DNA of 64,000 nt. Source: an uncultured Bacilli bacterium. Lineage in GTDB: Bacteria; Bacillota_I; Bacilli_A; RF39; UBA660. The translations under genes were made by a program, and so were the position numbers. How positions within the stretch are numbered: the stretch's first letter is position 1; each line of letters opens with the position of its first letter. The stretch covers positions 70,176 through 134,175 of the forward strand of contig CALVVF010000001.1 of assembly GCA_944363785.1 (NCBI GenBank), given 5' to 3'. Shown in pieces: positions 20,424 through 31,069 of the stretch. The notes under the pieces were generated by a model that saw only the letters and a list, made by a program, of their open reading frames with translations, did no database searches and was not told the DNA's origin.

Positions 20424-21665
20424 ATGAACAAACCTTTAGCACTTAAATTAACGCCTAATTCTATCGATGAAGTAATCGGTCAAAAGCATTTATTAGGAGA
20501 AGGAAAAATATTACGTAATCTAATCGAAAATAAAAAGATATTTTCGATGATTTTATATGGTAAACCGGGGATTGGAAAAACGACAATTGCGCAAGCCATG
20601 GTAAAAGATTTAGGGGTTAGATATCGCTTTTTGAATGCGACAATCAATAATAAAAAGGATTTTGATGTCGTTGTAGAAGAAGCTAAAATGTATGATGGTA
20701 TTGTTTTAATTATGGATGAAATTCATCGTTTAAATAAAGATAAACAAGATCTTTTACTTCCCCAGTTAGAAAGTGGTTTGATTACATTAATTGGGATGAC
20801 TACGTCTAATCCTTATTTTAAAATTAATCCTGCTATTCGAAGTCGTTGTCAAATCTTTGAATTACATGATTTATCTTATGAAGATATTGTTGAAGGCCTA
20901 AATCGAGCGATAAAACATCCGGATTTAGCAGGAATTGAAATAACAGAAGAAGCAATTTCTTATATTGCACATCTTTCTGGAAATGATCTTCGTTATGCCT
21001 ATAATCTATTAGAAATGGCTTTTTATGCGACAAAAGATAAAAAAGTAACTTTAGAGTTACTCAAAAATATAAATAATAAACCCGTTATGATATCGGATAA
21101 AGATGCTTCAGGGCACTATGATTTACTGAGTGCCTTTCAAAAGTCCATTCGTGGAAGTGATGTAGATGCCGCTCTACACTATTTAGCTAGATTAATTGCA
21201 ATTGGCGATTTGGATAGTATTTACAGACGAATGAGTGTGATTTGTTATGAGGATATTGGTTTAGCTAATCCTGATATGGGACCTCGGGTAATGGCAGCGA
21301 TCTCAGCTAGTGAATTAGTAGGATTACCAGAAGCGAGAATTCCGCTTTCTGAAGTTGTTATCGAGCTTGCTTTATCTCCGAAATCAAATACAGCTCATGT
21401 TGCCTTAGATAAAGCCTTAGAAGATGTCGAAACCGGACGTTGTGGAGATATTCCAGATACGATTAAGATACACTCTCCTATCTATAAATATCCTCACGAT
21501 TATCCGAATAACTTTGTTGTACAACAGTATCTACCAGATAATTTAGTAGGGAAAAAATATTATTTACCAAAAGATACATCACCTAATGAGCGAATGCTTG
21601 GTCAAATTAGAGAGAAATTAGATCGTTTAAAAGAAAAAATAGTAATCAGAAAGAAGGATAAGTAG
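20424..21665 (+). CDS. rarA: Replication-associated recombination protein A (AAA+ ATPase RarA/MgsA)
   Basis: Walker A GKPGIGKTT, Walker B IMDEIHR, and a C-terminal MgsA helical domain. Confidence 0.9.
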   Translation: MNKPLALKLTPNSIDEVIGQKHLLGEGKILRNLIENKKIFSMILYGKPGIGKTTIAQAMVKDLGVRYRFLNATINNKKDFDVVVEEAKMYDGIVLIMDEIHRLNKDKQDLLLPQLESGLITLIGMTTSNPYFKINPAIRSRCQIFELHDLSYEDIVEGLNRAIKHPDLAGIEITEEAISYIAHLSGNDLRYAYNLLEMAFYATKDKKVTLELLKNINNKPVMISDKDASGHYDLLSAFQKSIRGSDVDAALHYLARLIAIGDLDSIYRRMSVICYEDIGLANPDMGPRVMAAISASELVGLPEARIPLSEVVIELALSPKSNTAHVALDKALEDVETGRCGDIPDTIKIHSPIYKYPHDYPNNFVVQQYLPDNLVGKKYYLPKDTSPNERMLGQIREKLDRLKEKIVIRKKDK

Positions 21666-21667
21666 TA

Positions 21668-22291
21668 ATGGGAAAAATATTTTGTATTATGGGAAAAAGT
21701 TCAAGTGGAAAGGATTCTCTTTTTCGTATGCTGGAACAAGATTATCCTGACATGAAAGAAATCGTTCTTTATACAACTCGCCCAATTCGTACTGGAGAAA
21801 TAGATGGCGTAACTTATCATTATGTTGATGATGAGACTTACTATAGAATGAAAGAAGAAAACAAAATAGTCGAAGCTAGAAGTTATCATACAAAACATGG
21901 AATCTGGACTTATTTTACTTCTAGTCAGGAAATCGATTTAGAGAATAATAACTATCTTCAGATTAATACTTTAGAGGGATATCAGAAACTAAAAGACTAT
22001 TTCGGAGAAGAAAGTGTAGTTCCTATTTATGTAGAAGTTAAGGATGATGGGGTTCGTTTTCAACGAGCATTAACGAGAGAACGAAACGAAGAACATCCTA
22101 AATATGAAGAATTATGCCGTCGGTTTCTAGCGGATCAAGCAGATTTTAGCGAAGAGAAATTGGCGATAGCTAAAATCGATTCAAATAACCGCTTCATCAA
22201 CAATGATTTTATGAGTTGTTTACAAGCAATTGAAGAAAGAATAAACGAACTATTATCTCAAACAAAAACAAATAAACAATATCATTTATAA
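21668..22291 (+). CDS. Guanylate kinase-like P-loop kinase (207 aa)
   Basis: P-loop GKSSSGKDS and YTTRPIRTGEIDGVTYHYV resemble the Gmk TTRxxRxGExDGxxYxFV motif. May be a Gmk paralog rather than the essential gmk. Confidence 0.55.
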   Translation: MGKIFCIMGKSSSGKDSLFRMLEQDYPDMKEIVLYTTRPIRTGEIDGVTYHYVDDETYYRMKEENKIVEARSYHTKHGIWTYFTSSQEIDLENNNYLQINTLEGYQKLKDYFGEESVVPIYVEVKDDGVRFQRALTRERNEEHPKYEELCRRFLADQADFSEEKLAIAKIDSNNRFINNDFMSCLQAIEERINELLSQTKTNKQYHL

Positions 22292-22371
22292 AGGAAAGAG
22301 CCCCTCTACCCTATATAAATGATTAAATAAAGGAACTGTAATAATCAAAATAATAGAATTTCAAAGAAAAA

Positions 22372-22400
22372 AGCTACTCACAATCGAGTAACTTTTTTTT
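22372..22400. terminator. Bidirectional terminator between gmk-like (+) and dnaJ (-)
   Basis: Hairpin GCTACTC-acaatc-GAGTAAC preceded by an A-run and followed by T8. Confidence 0.55.
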
Positions 22401-23526
22401 ACTTATCATTTTCTCTTACAAAGTGTTTAAACTTATCAATTTCTTTATCACTTAAATCCGTATCGGCAAGCATTTCGATTAACCGTTTTTGCTCTTTAGA
22501 TAGTTTCTTTGGAGTAACTACTTTTAAGACGATATACATATCTCCTTTACGGCGAGTACTATCGTTATGAATACCTTTGCCTTTAATTCGTTGTTTATCG
22601 CCACTTTCACTACCGGCAGGAACAGTTAGATTTACATTTCCATAGAGTGTTGGAATTTCTTTTTTACATCCTAAGATAGCTTCCGTTAAAGTAAGCGGAA
22701 CTTCTAGGTAAATATCATCTTCATCGCGCACATAGAATTCATGATCGTTAACCGTAAATTCGATGTATAAGTCACCATTTGGTCCACCATTTGTTCCAGC
22801 AGAACCTTTACCAGATAATCGAAGTCTGTTACCTGTATCGACTCCAGCAGGTACTTTGATTTCTAACTCTTTTTCTACTCTTACCTTTCCAGTACCATTA
22901 CATTCACTACATTTACGTTTATAACTTTTTCCTTTACCACCGCAGTGTGGGCAGCTTGTTTTCGATAAGAAACTACCAAAAATCGTATGTTGTTCACTAG
23001 TGATCGTACCACTACCATGACAATGTTCACAAGTGGTCTCATCAAAACCACCCTTTCCATGACACTCATCACAAGTTTCCGTCACTTCTAATTCAATTTC
23101 TTTCTTGGTACCATAAACGGCTTCTTCGAACGTTAATGTCATCTTAACGAGAGAATCATTTCCTTTGGTTGCTCGATTACTTCCTCTTTTTGAACCTCCG
23201 CCAAAGCCACCGAAACCACCAAAGATATTATCGAAGATATCGTCATAGCTAAAGCCTGAAAAATCAAAGCCACCGAAACCACCACCGGCTCCTCCAGCAC
23301 CACCTTGGAAGGCAGCATGGCCAAATTGATCATATTGTTTTCTTTTTTCCTCATCCGATAATACTGCATAGGCTTCCTGTACTTCTTTAAATTTTGCTTC
23401 AGCATCAGGTTCCTTGCTAACATCAGGATGGTATTTCTTTGCTAATTTTCGAAAGGCACTTTTAATTTCATCTTGAGAAGCACTTTTCGATACCCCTAAT
23501 ACCTCATAATAATCTTTTTTATCCAT
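22399..23526 (-). CDS. dnaJ: Chaperone DnaJ
   Basis: J-domain with HPD (KKYHPDVS), G/F-rich linker and four CxxCxGxG zinc-finger repeats. Confidence 0.95.
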   Translation of the reverse strand: MDKKDYYEVLGVSKSASQDEIKSAFRKLAKKYHPDVSKEPDAEAKFKEVQEAYAVLSDEEKRKQYDQFGHAAFQGGAGGAGGGFGGFDFSGFSYDDIFDNIFGGFGGFGGGSKRGSNRATKGNDSLVKMTLTFEEAVYGTKKEIELEVTETCDECHGKGGFDETTCEHCHGSGTITSEQHTIFGSFLSKTSCPHCGGKGKSYKRKCSECNGTGKVRVEKELEIKVPAGVDTGNRLRLSGKGSAGTNGGPNGDLYIEFTVNDHEFYVRDEDDIYLEVPLTLTEAILGCKKEIPTLYGNVNLTVPAGSESGDKQRIKGKGIHNDSTRRKGDMYIVLKVVTPKKLSKEQKRLIEMLADTDLSDKEIDKFKHFVRENDK

Positions 23527-23542
23527 TACACTTCACCTCTTT

Positions 23543-25336
23543 TTACTGATCTAGTTTTTGGTAAGAAGAAATTAATTCATTGAACATATCCATTGCCTTG
23601 GTGAAGACTTCTTCACTTGTAATGTCGACACCAGCTACTTTTAATTCCTCGATTGGATCCATGCTACCTCCGGTTTTCAAGAAGTTTAAGTAGTCAGTTA
23701 CGGCATTTTCTTCATGAGATAAAATTCTATTTACAATATAGCAAGCAGCAATTAAACCAGTAGCATACTGATAAACGTAGAAGTTATAGTAAAAGTGGGG
23801 AACTCGTGCCCATTCATATTTAATTTCCTCATTAATGACTACATCTTTACCATAGTAGAATTTATTTAAATCATAGTATTTTTCTGCAAGAACATCACTA
23901 GTTAGTGTTTTTCCTTGTTCTACTGTATCGTACATAAACTCTTCGAATTCACTGAACATAGTTTGACGAAAGATCGTTCCTTTAAATAGTTCCATCATCT
24001 CGCTTAAGATGAATTTTTTCTCATTGTTATCATTAGAGTGTTCTAACATATAGTAGTTTAACAACATTTCATTTACAGTAGAAGCAACTTCCGCAACGAA
24101 TATTTTGTAATCACTATATAAATAAGAATTGTTTTTATTTGAATAGTATGTATGCATCGAATGTCCTAGTTCATGAGCAAGGGTAGATACATCATCATAC
24201 TTTCCCTGAAAGTTTAATAACATAAATGGTTTTGTATCATAAGAGCCTGCGGAATAAGCTCCTCCTCGTTTTCCTTTATTTGGATAGACATCGATCCATC
24301 TATCACGAAAAGCTTCTTCGGCGGTTCTTTTATATTCATCTCCAAAGACCGAGATAACATCAAGAACAATCTTCTTTGCTTCCTCATAAGTGTATTCCCG
24401 CTCATCTTGAGCCAAATTTACACCGACATCATATAAGCAGAAATCATCTAATTTTAAAACATCTTTCTTTAATTTGAAGTAGTTGTATAAAACATCGATA
24501 TGCTTATGTACTTCCCTAATTAGGGTATCGTAAACAACAGGATTTACTCGATTATGAATTAAACTTGCTTCTTTACTATTTGAATATCCCCTTAATTTGT
24601 TTTCCGTCACAATTTTAGAAACATTTCCTTGTAAAGCTTCAGCTAAAGATTGTTTATGTTCCTGATAAGCACGGTATAAAGCATAAAAAGCATCATGTCG
24701 TACTCGTCTATCCTTACTTGTAACATAGGTTTGATAAGTTTCATTGTTAATTTCTACTTCTTTTTCCTGTTCATCTTTAATGGTATAGAACTTAATTTCG
24801 GCGTTACGAAGAATACCAGCTATGTTTTCAGAAGTATTTAAAGAATTAGAAAAAGCTGAAATTATTCGTTCTTCTTGTTCTGATAAGACATATTTTTTCT
24901 TATCGAATAAGCGTTCAAACCATAGAGTATACTTTTCCAACTCACTATTTTCCTTTAAGTACTTTCGAATGATTTTTTCATCTTGTTGTAATAATTCGGG
25001 AACGATAAAGGAAGTTCTTTCTAGATAATTGGTATAAAGGTTCGTAATCTCTCCCTTTTGACGATTAGCTTCATCATTGGTTAAATCTTCATCATAACGT
25101 CGATAAGTGTAAGTAAATAACTTTTCGATTACTCGTTCTGTACCAAAAGAAGTATCTAACACATAAAGTAAATTACTGGATGAAGATAAGATCTTTCCTT
25201 TATATTCTTCTAATTTCTCTGTATTTTCTTTTACTAAACGAACATCCGCATTAAGGTCATCTTTTGTTGGATAAATACTTTCTAAATCCCAGGTATCTTC
25301 TTTTTTTTGCTCACTTCTACGTTTTATTTTTATCAT
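23543..25336 (-). CDS. pepF: Oligoendopeptidase F (M3B family)
   Basis: HELGHSMH zinc motif, ~600 aa, M3B-like flanking regions. AGGAGA RBS precedes ATG 25336. Confidence 0.85.
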   Translation of the reverse strand: MIKIKRRSEQKKEDTWDLESIYPTKDDLNADVRLVKENTEKLEEYKGKILSSSSNLLYVLDTSFGTERVIEKLFTYTYRRYDEDLTNDEANRQKGEITNLYTNYLERTSFIVPELLQQDEKIIRKYLKENSELEKYTLWFERLFDKKKYVLSEQEERIISAFSNSLNTSENIAGILRNAEIKFYTIKDEQEKEVEINNETYQTYVTSKDRRVRHDAFYALYRAYQEHKQSLAEALQGNVSKIVTENKLRGYSNSKEASLIHNRVNPVVYDTLIREVHKHIDVLYNYFKLKKDVLKLDDFCLYDVGVNLAQDEREYTYEEAKKIVLDVISVFGDEYKRTAEEAFRDRWIDVYPNKGKRGGAYSAGSYDTKPFMLLNFQGKYDDVSTLAHELGHSMHTYYSNKNNSYLYSDYKIFVAEVASTVNEMLLNYYMLEHSNDNNEKKFILSEMMELFKGTIFRQTMFSEFEEFMYDTVEQGKTLTSDVLAEKYYDLNKFYYGKDVVINEEIKYEWARVPHFYYNFYVYQYATGLIAACYIVNRILSHEENAVTDYLNFLKTGGSMDPIEELKVAGVDITSEEVFTKAMDMFNELISSYQKLDQ

Positions 25337-25394
25337 TATATTTCTCCTATTATACATTGAGAGAAGTCCTAGTTACCTAGAACTTCTCTTATTT

Positions 25395-27209
25395 TTATTT
25401 TTCTTCGTATTCAGCTTCTTTAACGTCGTCTTTGTTATCACTATTATCTCCATCACTACTTGATTCAGCTTGGTTTTGTTGTGCTTGTTGATATACTTTA
25501 GTAGCTAGAGCCATAGCTTTTTCTTGTAATTTATCTTTCTTTTCTTTGATGTCGTCAAGATCATCTTTTTCTAAAGCTTCTTTTAATTCTTTAATTAAAT
25601 CTTCAGCTTCTTCTTTTTCTTTCTTGTCGACTTTATCCCCTAGATCTTTAAGTGATTTTTCAGTTTGGAATACTAGTTGTTCAGCTTCATTTTTCGTATC
25701 AGCAGCTTCTTTACGTTTTTCATCTTCTTCTTTATGTTCTTCAGCTTCTTTTCTCATTCTTTCTACTTCTTCATCACTTAAGTTAGTACTAGATGTAATT
25801 GTAATAGATTGTTCTTTATTTGTACCTAAATCTTTAGCAGTTACGTTTACGATACCATTAGCATCGATATCAAATTTAACTTCGATTTGTGGTACACCAC
25901 GTGGAGCTGCAGGAATTCCTGTTAATTGGAAGTGACCAAGTGTCTTATTATCACTAGCCATACTTCTTTCTCCTTGTAGAACGTGAATATCAACGGCAGG
26001 TTGATTATCAGCAGCAGTTGAGAATACCTGACTCTTTGATGTAGGAATTGTTGTATTTCTAGGAATTAATGTTGTCATAACGCCACCTAAAGTTTCGATA
26101 CCTAATGAAAGTGGGGTTACATCTAATAAAACGATATCATTTACTTCTCCAGTTAATACACCACCTTGAATAGCAGCACCCATAGCTACTGCTTCATCTG
26201 GGTTAACTTCATGAGAAGGCTTTTGTCCTAATTCTTTTTCTACTAATTCTTGTACCATAGGAATACGAGTAGAACCACCAACAAGGATAACTTTATCGAT
26301 ATCTTTAGCACTTAATTTAGCATCCTTTAAAGCTTTTCTAACTGGCTCTAATGTAGAATCTACTAAATCACGAATAAGATCTTCAAATTTTGCACGAGAA
26401 ATAGTCATATCGATATGAAGTGGTCCATCTTCTCCTTGAGAAATAAATGGAGCTGAAACTTGAGTAGAAGTCATACCACTTAAGTCTTTCTTTGCTTTTT
26501 CACTGATTTCTTTTAATCTTTGCATAGCAAGTTTATCTTTTCTTAAGTCGATACCATTTTCTTTCTTAAATTCATCGATAATATAATCCATTAAGCAGTT
26601 ATCGAAGTCATCTCCACCAAGTTTATTATTACCAGCTGTTGATTTAACTTCGAAAATACCGTCTCCTAATTCTAGAATAGATACATCGAATGTACCTCCA
26701 CCTAAGTCATAAACAAGAATAGTTTGGTTCTTATCTTGTTTGTCAAGACCGAAGGCTAATGCAGCAGCAGTTGGTTCATTGATAATTCTTTCTACTTCTA
26801 AACCAGCAATCTTACCAGCATTCTTAGTTGCTTGACGTTGAGAGTCATTAAAGTAAGCAGGAACAGTAATAACTGCTTTTGTTACTTTTTCTCCTAAATA
26901 TTTTTCTGCATAATCTTTCATGTAAGAAAGAATCATAGCTGAAACTTCTTCTGGAGTATATTTCTTATCTTCCATTTCTACTTTCTTATCTGTTCCCATT
27001 AAACGTTTAATAGAAGAAATGGTATTTTTATTGGTTAATGCTTGACGTTTAGCGGCATCTCCGACTAATCGTTCTCCTTTTTTCATTGACACAACAGAAG
27101 GAGTAGTTCTTCCTCCTTCAGGGTTTGGAATTACAGTAGCTGCTCCCCCTTCTAGTACAGCTACACAACTATTGGTTGTACCAAGGTCTATACCTATAAT
27201 TTTACTCAT
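25395..27209 (-). CDS. dnaK: Chaperone DnaK (Hsp70)
   Basis: [22 protein letters not shown] and the rest of the canonical Hsp70 sequence. Confidence 0.97.
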   Translation of the reverse strand: MSKIIGIDLGTTNSCVAVLEGGAATVIPNPEGGRTTPSVVSMKKGERLVGDAAKRQALTNKNTISSIKRLMGTDKKVEMEDKKYTPEEVSAMILSYMKDYAEKYLGEKVTKAVITVPAYFNDSQRQATKNAGKIAGLEVERIINEPTAAALAFGLDKQDKNQTILVYDLGGGTFDVSILELGDGIFEVKSTAGNNKLGGDDFDNCLMDYIIDEFKKENGIDLRKDKLAMQRLKEISEKAKKDLSGMTSTQVSAPFISQGEDGPLHIDMTISRAKFEDLIRDLVDSTLEPVRKALKDAKLSAKDIDKVILVGGSTRIPMVQELVEKELGQKPSHEVNPDEAVAMGAAIQGGVLTGEVNDIVLLDVTPLSLGIETLGGVMTTLIPRNTTIPTSKSQVFSTAADNQPAVDIHVLQGERSMASDNKTLGHFQLTGIPAAPRGVPQIEVKFDIDANGIVNVTAKDLGTNKEQSITITSSTNLSDEEVERMRKEAEEHKEEDEKRKEAADTKNEAEQLVFQTEKSLKDLGDKVDKKEKEEAEDLIKELKEALEKDDLDDIKEKKDKLQEKAMALATKVYQQAQQNQAESSSDGDNSDNKDDVKEAEYEEK

Positions 27210-27224
27210 ATAATCAAGTCCTTT

Positions 27225-27833
27225 CTAATCTTCTAATTTATTTACTTTTACTATTGAATGTTTAATTACTTTTTCTTTTAATTTATATCCTTTTATTAAT
27301 ACCTCCAATACAATACCATCTGGTTTTGTAGGATCCTTATCTACCATCATCGCTTCCATATAATTAGGATCAAATGGATAATCTAAGGCTTCTATTTCTA
27401 CCACACCGTATTTACTTAAGATATTTTTAAACTGGGTACTAGTCATTTCAATACCTTTTTTAATCTTTTCAGCTTCTTCTGTCGTTGTTTTTACTTGACT
27501 AGCACGATCTAAGTTTTCGATCATCTCTAATAAATCGACGATAAGATCCTGATTAGCATATTTTAACAAATTAGCTGTTTCTTCATCTTTTCTTTTTCGA
27601 TAATTGATACTATCTGCTTTACTAATCATTAATTTTTCTTGAAGATCCATATTGGTTGCTTGTAATTCTTTAACGAGTGCTTTAACTTCTTCTAGTTCTT
27701 TGCGTTCTTTTCTACTACATTTTTTGTTCTTTTTCTCTTGATGATTACACTCTTCTTTATCACAACAACATTTTTCTTTTGTTTCTTCTTCAGCAACCGT
27801 TTCCATTTCTTCATTTACACTTGCATTTTTCAT
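27225..27833 (-). CDS. grpE: Nucleotide exchange factor GrpE
   Basis: 202 aa coiled-coil plus beta-sheet C-terminus. Sits between hrcA and dnaK. Confidence 0.9.
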   Translation of the reverse strand: MKNASVNEEMETVAEEETKEKCCCDKEECNHQEKKNKKCSRKERKELEEVKALVKELQATNMDLQEKLMISKADSINYRKRKDEETANLLKYANQDLIVDLLEMIENLDRASQVKTTTEEAEKIKKGIEMTSTQFKNILSKYGVVEIEALDYPFDPNYMEAMMVDKDPTKPDGIVLEVLIKGYKLKEKVIKHSIVKVNKLED

Positions 27834-27845
27834 TCATCATCTTCC

Positions 27846-28829
27846 TTATTTTTCAATATTACTTTTAATAAAATCTAATAATGTGACTACTCTATCGTAA
27901 TCCATACGTTTCGGACCAACAATGGCAATCGTTCCTTCTTCTGATGGCGTATGGTAAGTAGTTTTAATAATTGTCACATCATCATCCAAGTTATTCTCTT
28001 TACCGATGTAGACTTTAATGTCGTTATTATCTGTTTCTATATTAGATAATAAATCTTCATCATCTAATTTCAACAAGATATCTTTAATCTTATCGACATT
28101 GTTAAACTCTGGTTGTTTTAAGATATTATTACGACCAACAACATCGACATTTTGATGAGAGAACTCTTGAAATACTTGGTAGAATGTATTATAGATGATT
28201 TCGTGCTCTTTTACATATCTACCGATAATTGGCTTAATTTCAAACTCTAATTTACTACTAACTTCGTCGATAGGTGTACCTACAATTAAATCATTGATTA
28301 AGCTTACTGTTTTCTTTATCTCTTCTAAAGAAACATCATGAATCGTTACTGTTTTATGTTCGACATGTCCCTTATCCGTAATAACGATAATAATCATATT
28401 TTCCCGATCTAAGGGAACAACATTAATTTCTTTTAATTGATTTTCATGGGATGCTTTTCCTAATACAATCGACGTATAATTCGTCATATCCGAGATTAAT
28501 TGTAAACTTTCTTTTAAACAATCAGATAATACTAAATTTTGATTTTTAAAAATAATCTGAAGTTTAAGCATCTCTTCGCCATTCATTTCCTTAGGTTGCA
28601 TCAAATGATCAACATAATAACGATAGCCTGCTTCACTCGGTATTCTTCCCGAAGAAGTATGTGTCTTCTCTAAAAGACCCATATTTTCCAGTTCAACCAT
28701 TTCATTTCTGACCGTTGCGCTCGAACACTTTAACTTTTTACAGATCAGATTTGAACTGACTGGCTTAGCTAACTCAATGTACTTCATGACAATTAATTTT
28801 AAGATATTCTCTTGTCTTTTTGTAAGCAT
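27846..28829 (-). CDS. hrcA: Heat-inducible transcription repressor HrcA
   Basis: MLTKRQENILKLIV N-terminal winged helix. GGAGG RBS at 28841-28847. Start re-chosen at ATG 28829; the track start 28853 is a GTG inside CIRCE. Confidence 0.9.
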   Translation of the reverse strand: MLTKRQENILKLIVMKYIELAKPVSSNLICKKLKCSSATVRNEMVELENMGLLEKTHTSSGRIPSEAGYRYYVDHLMQPKEMNGEEMLKLQIIFKNQNLVLSDCLKESLQLISDMTNYTSIVLGKASHENQLKEINVVPLDRENMIIIVITDKGHVEHKTVTIHDVSLEEIKKTVSLINDLIVGTPIDEVSSKLEFEIKPIIGRYVKEHEIIYNTFYQVFQEFSHQNVDVVGRNNILKQPEFNNVDKIKDILLKLDDEDLLSNIETDNNDIKVYIGKENNLDDDVTIIKTTYHTPSEEGTIAIVGPKRMDYDRVVTLLDFIKSNIEK

Positions 28830-28846
28830 TGGCCTAATCCTACCTC

Positions 28847-28873
28847 CTAGCACTACTATTTTCCAAGTGCTAA
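28847..28873 (-). promoter_or_regulatory. CIRCE operator (HrcA binding site) upstream of hrcA
   Basis: On the minus strand it reads TTAGCACTT-N9-TAGTGCTAG, i.e. the consensus TTAGCACTC-N9-GAGTGCTAA with 2 mismatches. Confidence 0.8.
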
Positions 28874-29030
28874 TATCATTATATTCAAGTTGTTAGCAAT
28901 TGTCAACCGTTATTGCTAATTTTTTTAATATTATGGCTACATAATTCCTTTTTATTCAAAACACACATAAAAAGAAGGAGGCACCCTTCTCTAGCCCCCT
29001 AATATTTAAGTTTATTATATATCTACTTAT

Positions 29031-29573
29031 TTAATCATCCCAATTTTTACTAAAGGTGTTTTTCCCATTACGGATATAAATTCTTTTTACTACTCTATCG
29101 CTTTCTTTTCTTTCTAAAGTGCTTTCTCGCTTAGCCCCATATGTTTCTAATAATTGGCATAGTCTTTCCATTTTTTCAATAGTTTGTTTATCGTAAAAAG
29201 AAAGAGTAGTAAATATTTCATGACTAGCCATTTCTACTTGAATTTTGTTTTCTAAAATATCGAAGTGCCATTTTGTATTTTCTTTATTTAGATAATTAGC
29301 TATACTTGTTTTTAACTTTCTTTCAAAGTTAAGTTGATGTTCATAGTAAAGACGAAGATCAATGAGTTCAGCAAAGTAAAGACCAAACTCTTTTTCTCTT
29401 AAAATGTTTTCTATCCCCTCTAAGTAATTTATAGGTAAAGACGCGATTCTTTTAGAAGAAGTAGAAACATAAGGATATGTATTTTGGGCAAGACACACAA
29501 ACAACAGTTCAGTAAAATGATCGATATCTATAACCGGTTCTAGTATATAAAAATAGCCACTATCGTCTTTCAT
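29031..29573 (-). CDS. Hypothetical protein (180 aa)
   Basis: ORF overlaps the upstream gene by 14 nt. No recognisable motif. Confidence 0.4.
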   Translation of the reverse strand: MKDDSGYFYILEPVIDIDHFTELLFVCLAQNTYPYVSTSSKRIASLPINYLEGIENILREKEFGLYFAELIDLRLYYEHQLNFERKLKTSIANYLNKENTKWHFDILENKIQVEMASHEIFTTLSFYDKQTIEKMERLCQLLETYGAKRESTLERKESDRVVKRIYIRNGKNTFSKNWDD

Positions 29574-30129
29574 GGATAAAATCCTCCTTTTGAATTTGAT
29601 ATTCTTTACAGAAACAATTAGGAATAGAAAAGCCTAATAAGTTCTTCTTACGAACAGTTTTCTTTAATAGATGATGAAGAGCACGAACGACTGCGCCATG
29701 AGCCACGATAAGAATGGTATCGGTATCTTCATGTTTGGCGATTACTTCTTGTAAAAAGCTATCACAACGAGCGAAAATATCTTGTATTTTCTCTACATCA
29801 GCATCCCCACTATTTAGTGTATAATCCCAATATTTCTTCGCACTATATCCATGACGATCCACTCCCTCAAACTGCCCTAAATAACGTTCTATTAGCCGTT
29901 TATCCTCATGAGTTATTGTCCTATCTCCTACTAAGATAATAGCCGTTGACCAAGCACGTACTAAGGGAGAGGTATAACAGATAGTAAAAGGAACACTTTG
30001 AAGTTTTTGTTTTAATTTAGTTACTTCACGTACTCCATGTTCATTCAGTTGTAGATTTTCCTTTTGTCCCTGTAAAATATTGTTTTTATTCGCATCAGTT
30101 TCACCATGTCTAACTAAATAAATTTTCAC
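29560..30129 (-). CDS. Histidine phosphatase (phosphoglycerate mutase) family protein
   Basis: LVRHGETDANK catalytic His motif at the N-terminus. 189 aa. Confidence 0.8.
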   Translation of the reverse strand: MKIYLVRHGETDANKNNILQGQKENLQLNEHGVREVTKLKQKLQSVPFTICYTSPLVRAWSTAIILVGDRTITHEDKRLIERYLGQFEGVDRHGYSAKKYWDYTLNSGDADVEKIQDIFARCDSFLQEVIAKHEDTDTILIVAHGAVVRALHHLLKKTVRKKNLLGFSIPNCFCKEYQIQKEDFIHERR

Positions 30130-30690
30130 CTAATCCTCCTCCCTTTTATAAATGGTTATTCGTTTATATCCATACTTACGATCCTTGATCTGAACTAAGT
30201 CTTGAATTTGTTCCTCTAAGTTACCACATTCATACTCACAAACGACAATACCACCTGGGGTTATTTTTTCATTTGTGACTAACTCTTTAAGTAATTCAGG
30301 TAAAACTGTATATCGATAAGGAGGATCTAGAAAAATCATGTCGTATGATCCTTTATCCTGAGTTAAAAAATCCTGATAATCACTTAAAACCACTTTAGCT
30401 TGACTACCAGAAATTCCCAAGTGATCGACATTCTTTTTGATGGTCTGAACAGCTTTAGAATTAACATCGACGAAAGTACAATGCCTCGCCCCATTACTTA
30501 ATGCTTCTAACCCCAAATTACCTGTTCCCGCAAATAAATCCAATACCTTAGCGTCCACCACTTCATTTTGAATCATCGCAAACAAACTTTCCTTCACTCT
30601 ATCCTGAGTAGGTCTAGTTCCTTCTAATTGATATCCTAATACTTCTTTTCCTTTATATTTGCCACTAATGATTCTCAATTTACACCACAA
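30130..30690 (-). CDS. rsmD: 16S rRNA (guanine966-N2)-methyltransferase RsmD (YlbH)
   Basis: RIISGKYKG, SAM-binding DLFAGTGNLGLEA, and the DPPY N-methyltransferase motif. Confidence 0.85.
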   Translation of the reverse strand: MWCKLRIISGKYKGKEVLGYQLEGTRPTQDRVKESLFAMIQNEVVDAKVLDLFAGTGNLGLEALSNGARHCTFVDVNSKAVQTIKKNVDHLGISGSQAKVVLSDYQDFLTQDKGSYDMIFLDPPYRYTVLPELLKELVTNEKITPGGIVVCEYECGNLEEQIQDLVQIKDRKYGYKRITIYKREED

Positions 30691-30983
30691 TCCTTCTTGT
30701 CTTTCAACTGTTGAAACCGTTGATTAATCTCCAATGTCAAAAAATAAAGTTCATTTTCTAATTGCTGATAACGTAAATAATCCTTATTTTCAAAAATCTT
30801 TTCTTTTAACGCAATTGCCTCTGAACTATTTTTATATTCTGCCATCTGATATTTCTTTAATAAATCAGTAAACTCCTGATTAGCAATTAATTTCTCCTTT
30901 AATCCCTTTAATTCAATCATCCTAGGATCCTGTTCCAATAAATGAACAATCTCTTCTACTTTTTCCTCTAACTTTTCTGTCAT
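30675..30983 (-). CDS. YlbF/YmcA (UPF0342) family helical regulator-like protein (102 aa)
   Basis: Helical protein at the position of ylbF upstream of rsmD. AGGTGGAG RBS precedes ATG 30983. Confidence 0.4.
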   Translation of the reverse strand: MTEKLEEKVEEIVHLLEQDPRMIELKGLKEKLIANQEFTDLLKKYQMAEYKNSSEAIALKEKIFENKDYLRYQQLENELYFLTLEINQRFQQLKDKKDCGVN

Positions 30984-31069
30984 TAACTCCACCTTTTCTT
31001 TATTCCATTGTAACAAAAATTTTAAAATAGAAAAAGACTTTATCAAAAAGTCTTAAAATCTATTATAAA

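Noticed and set aside
25546-25935. Ser-rich 129-aa ORF antisense to dnaK; also 35303..35665 antisense to parC and 12681..12998 antisense to spoIVB
   Set aside because: These are low-complexity antisense frames inside well-supported genes.
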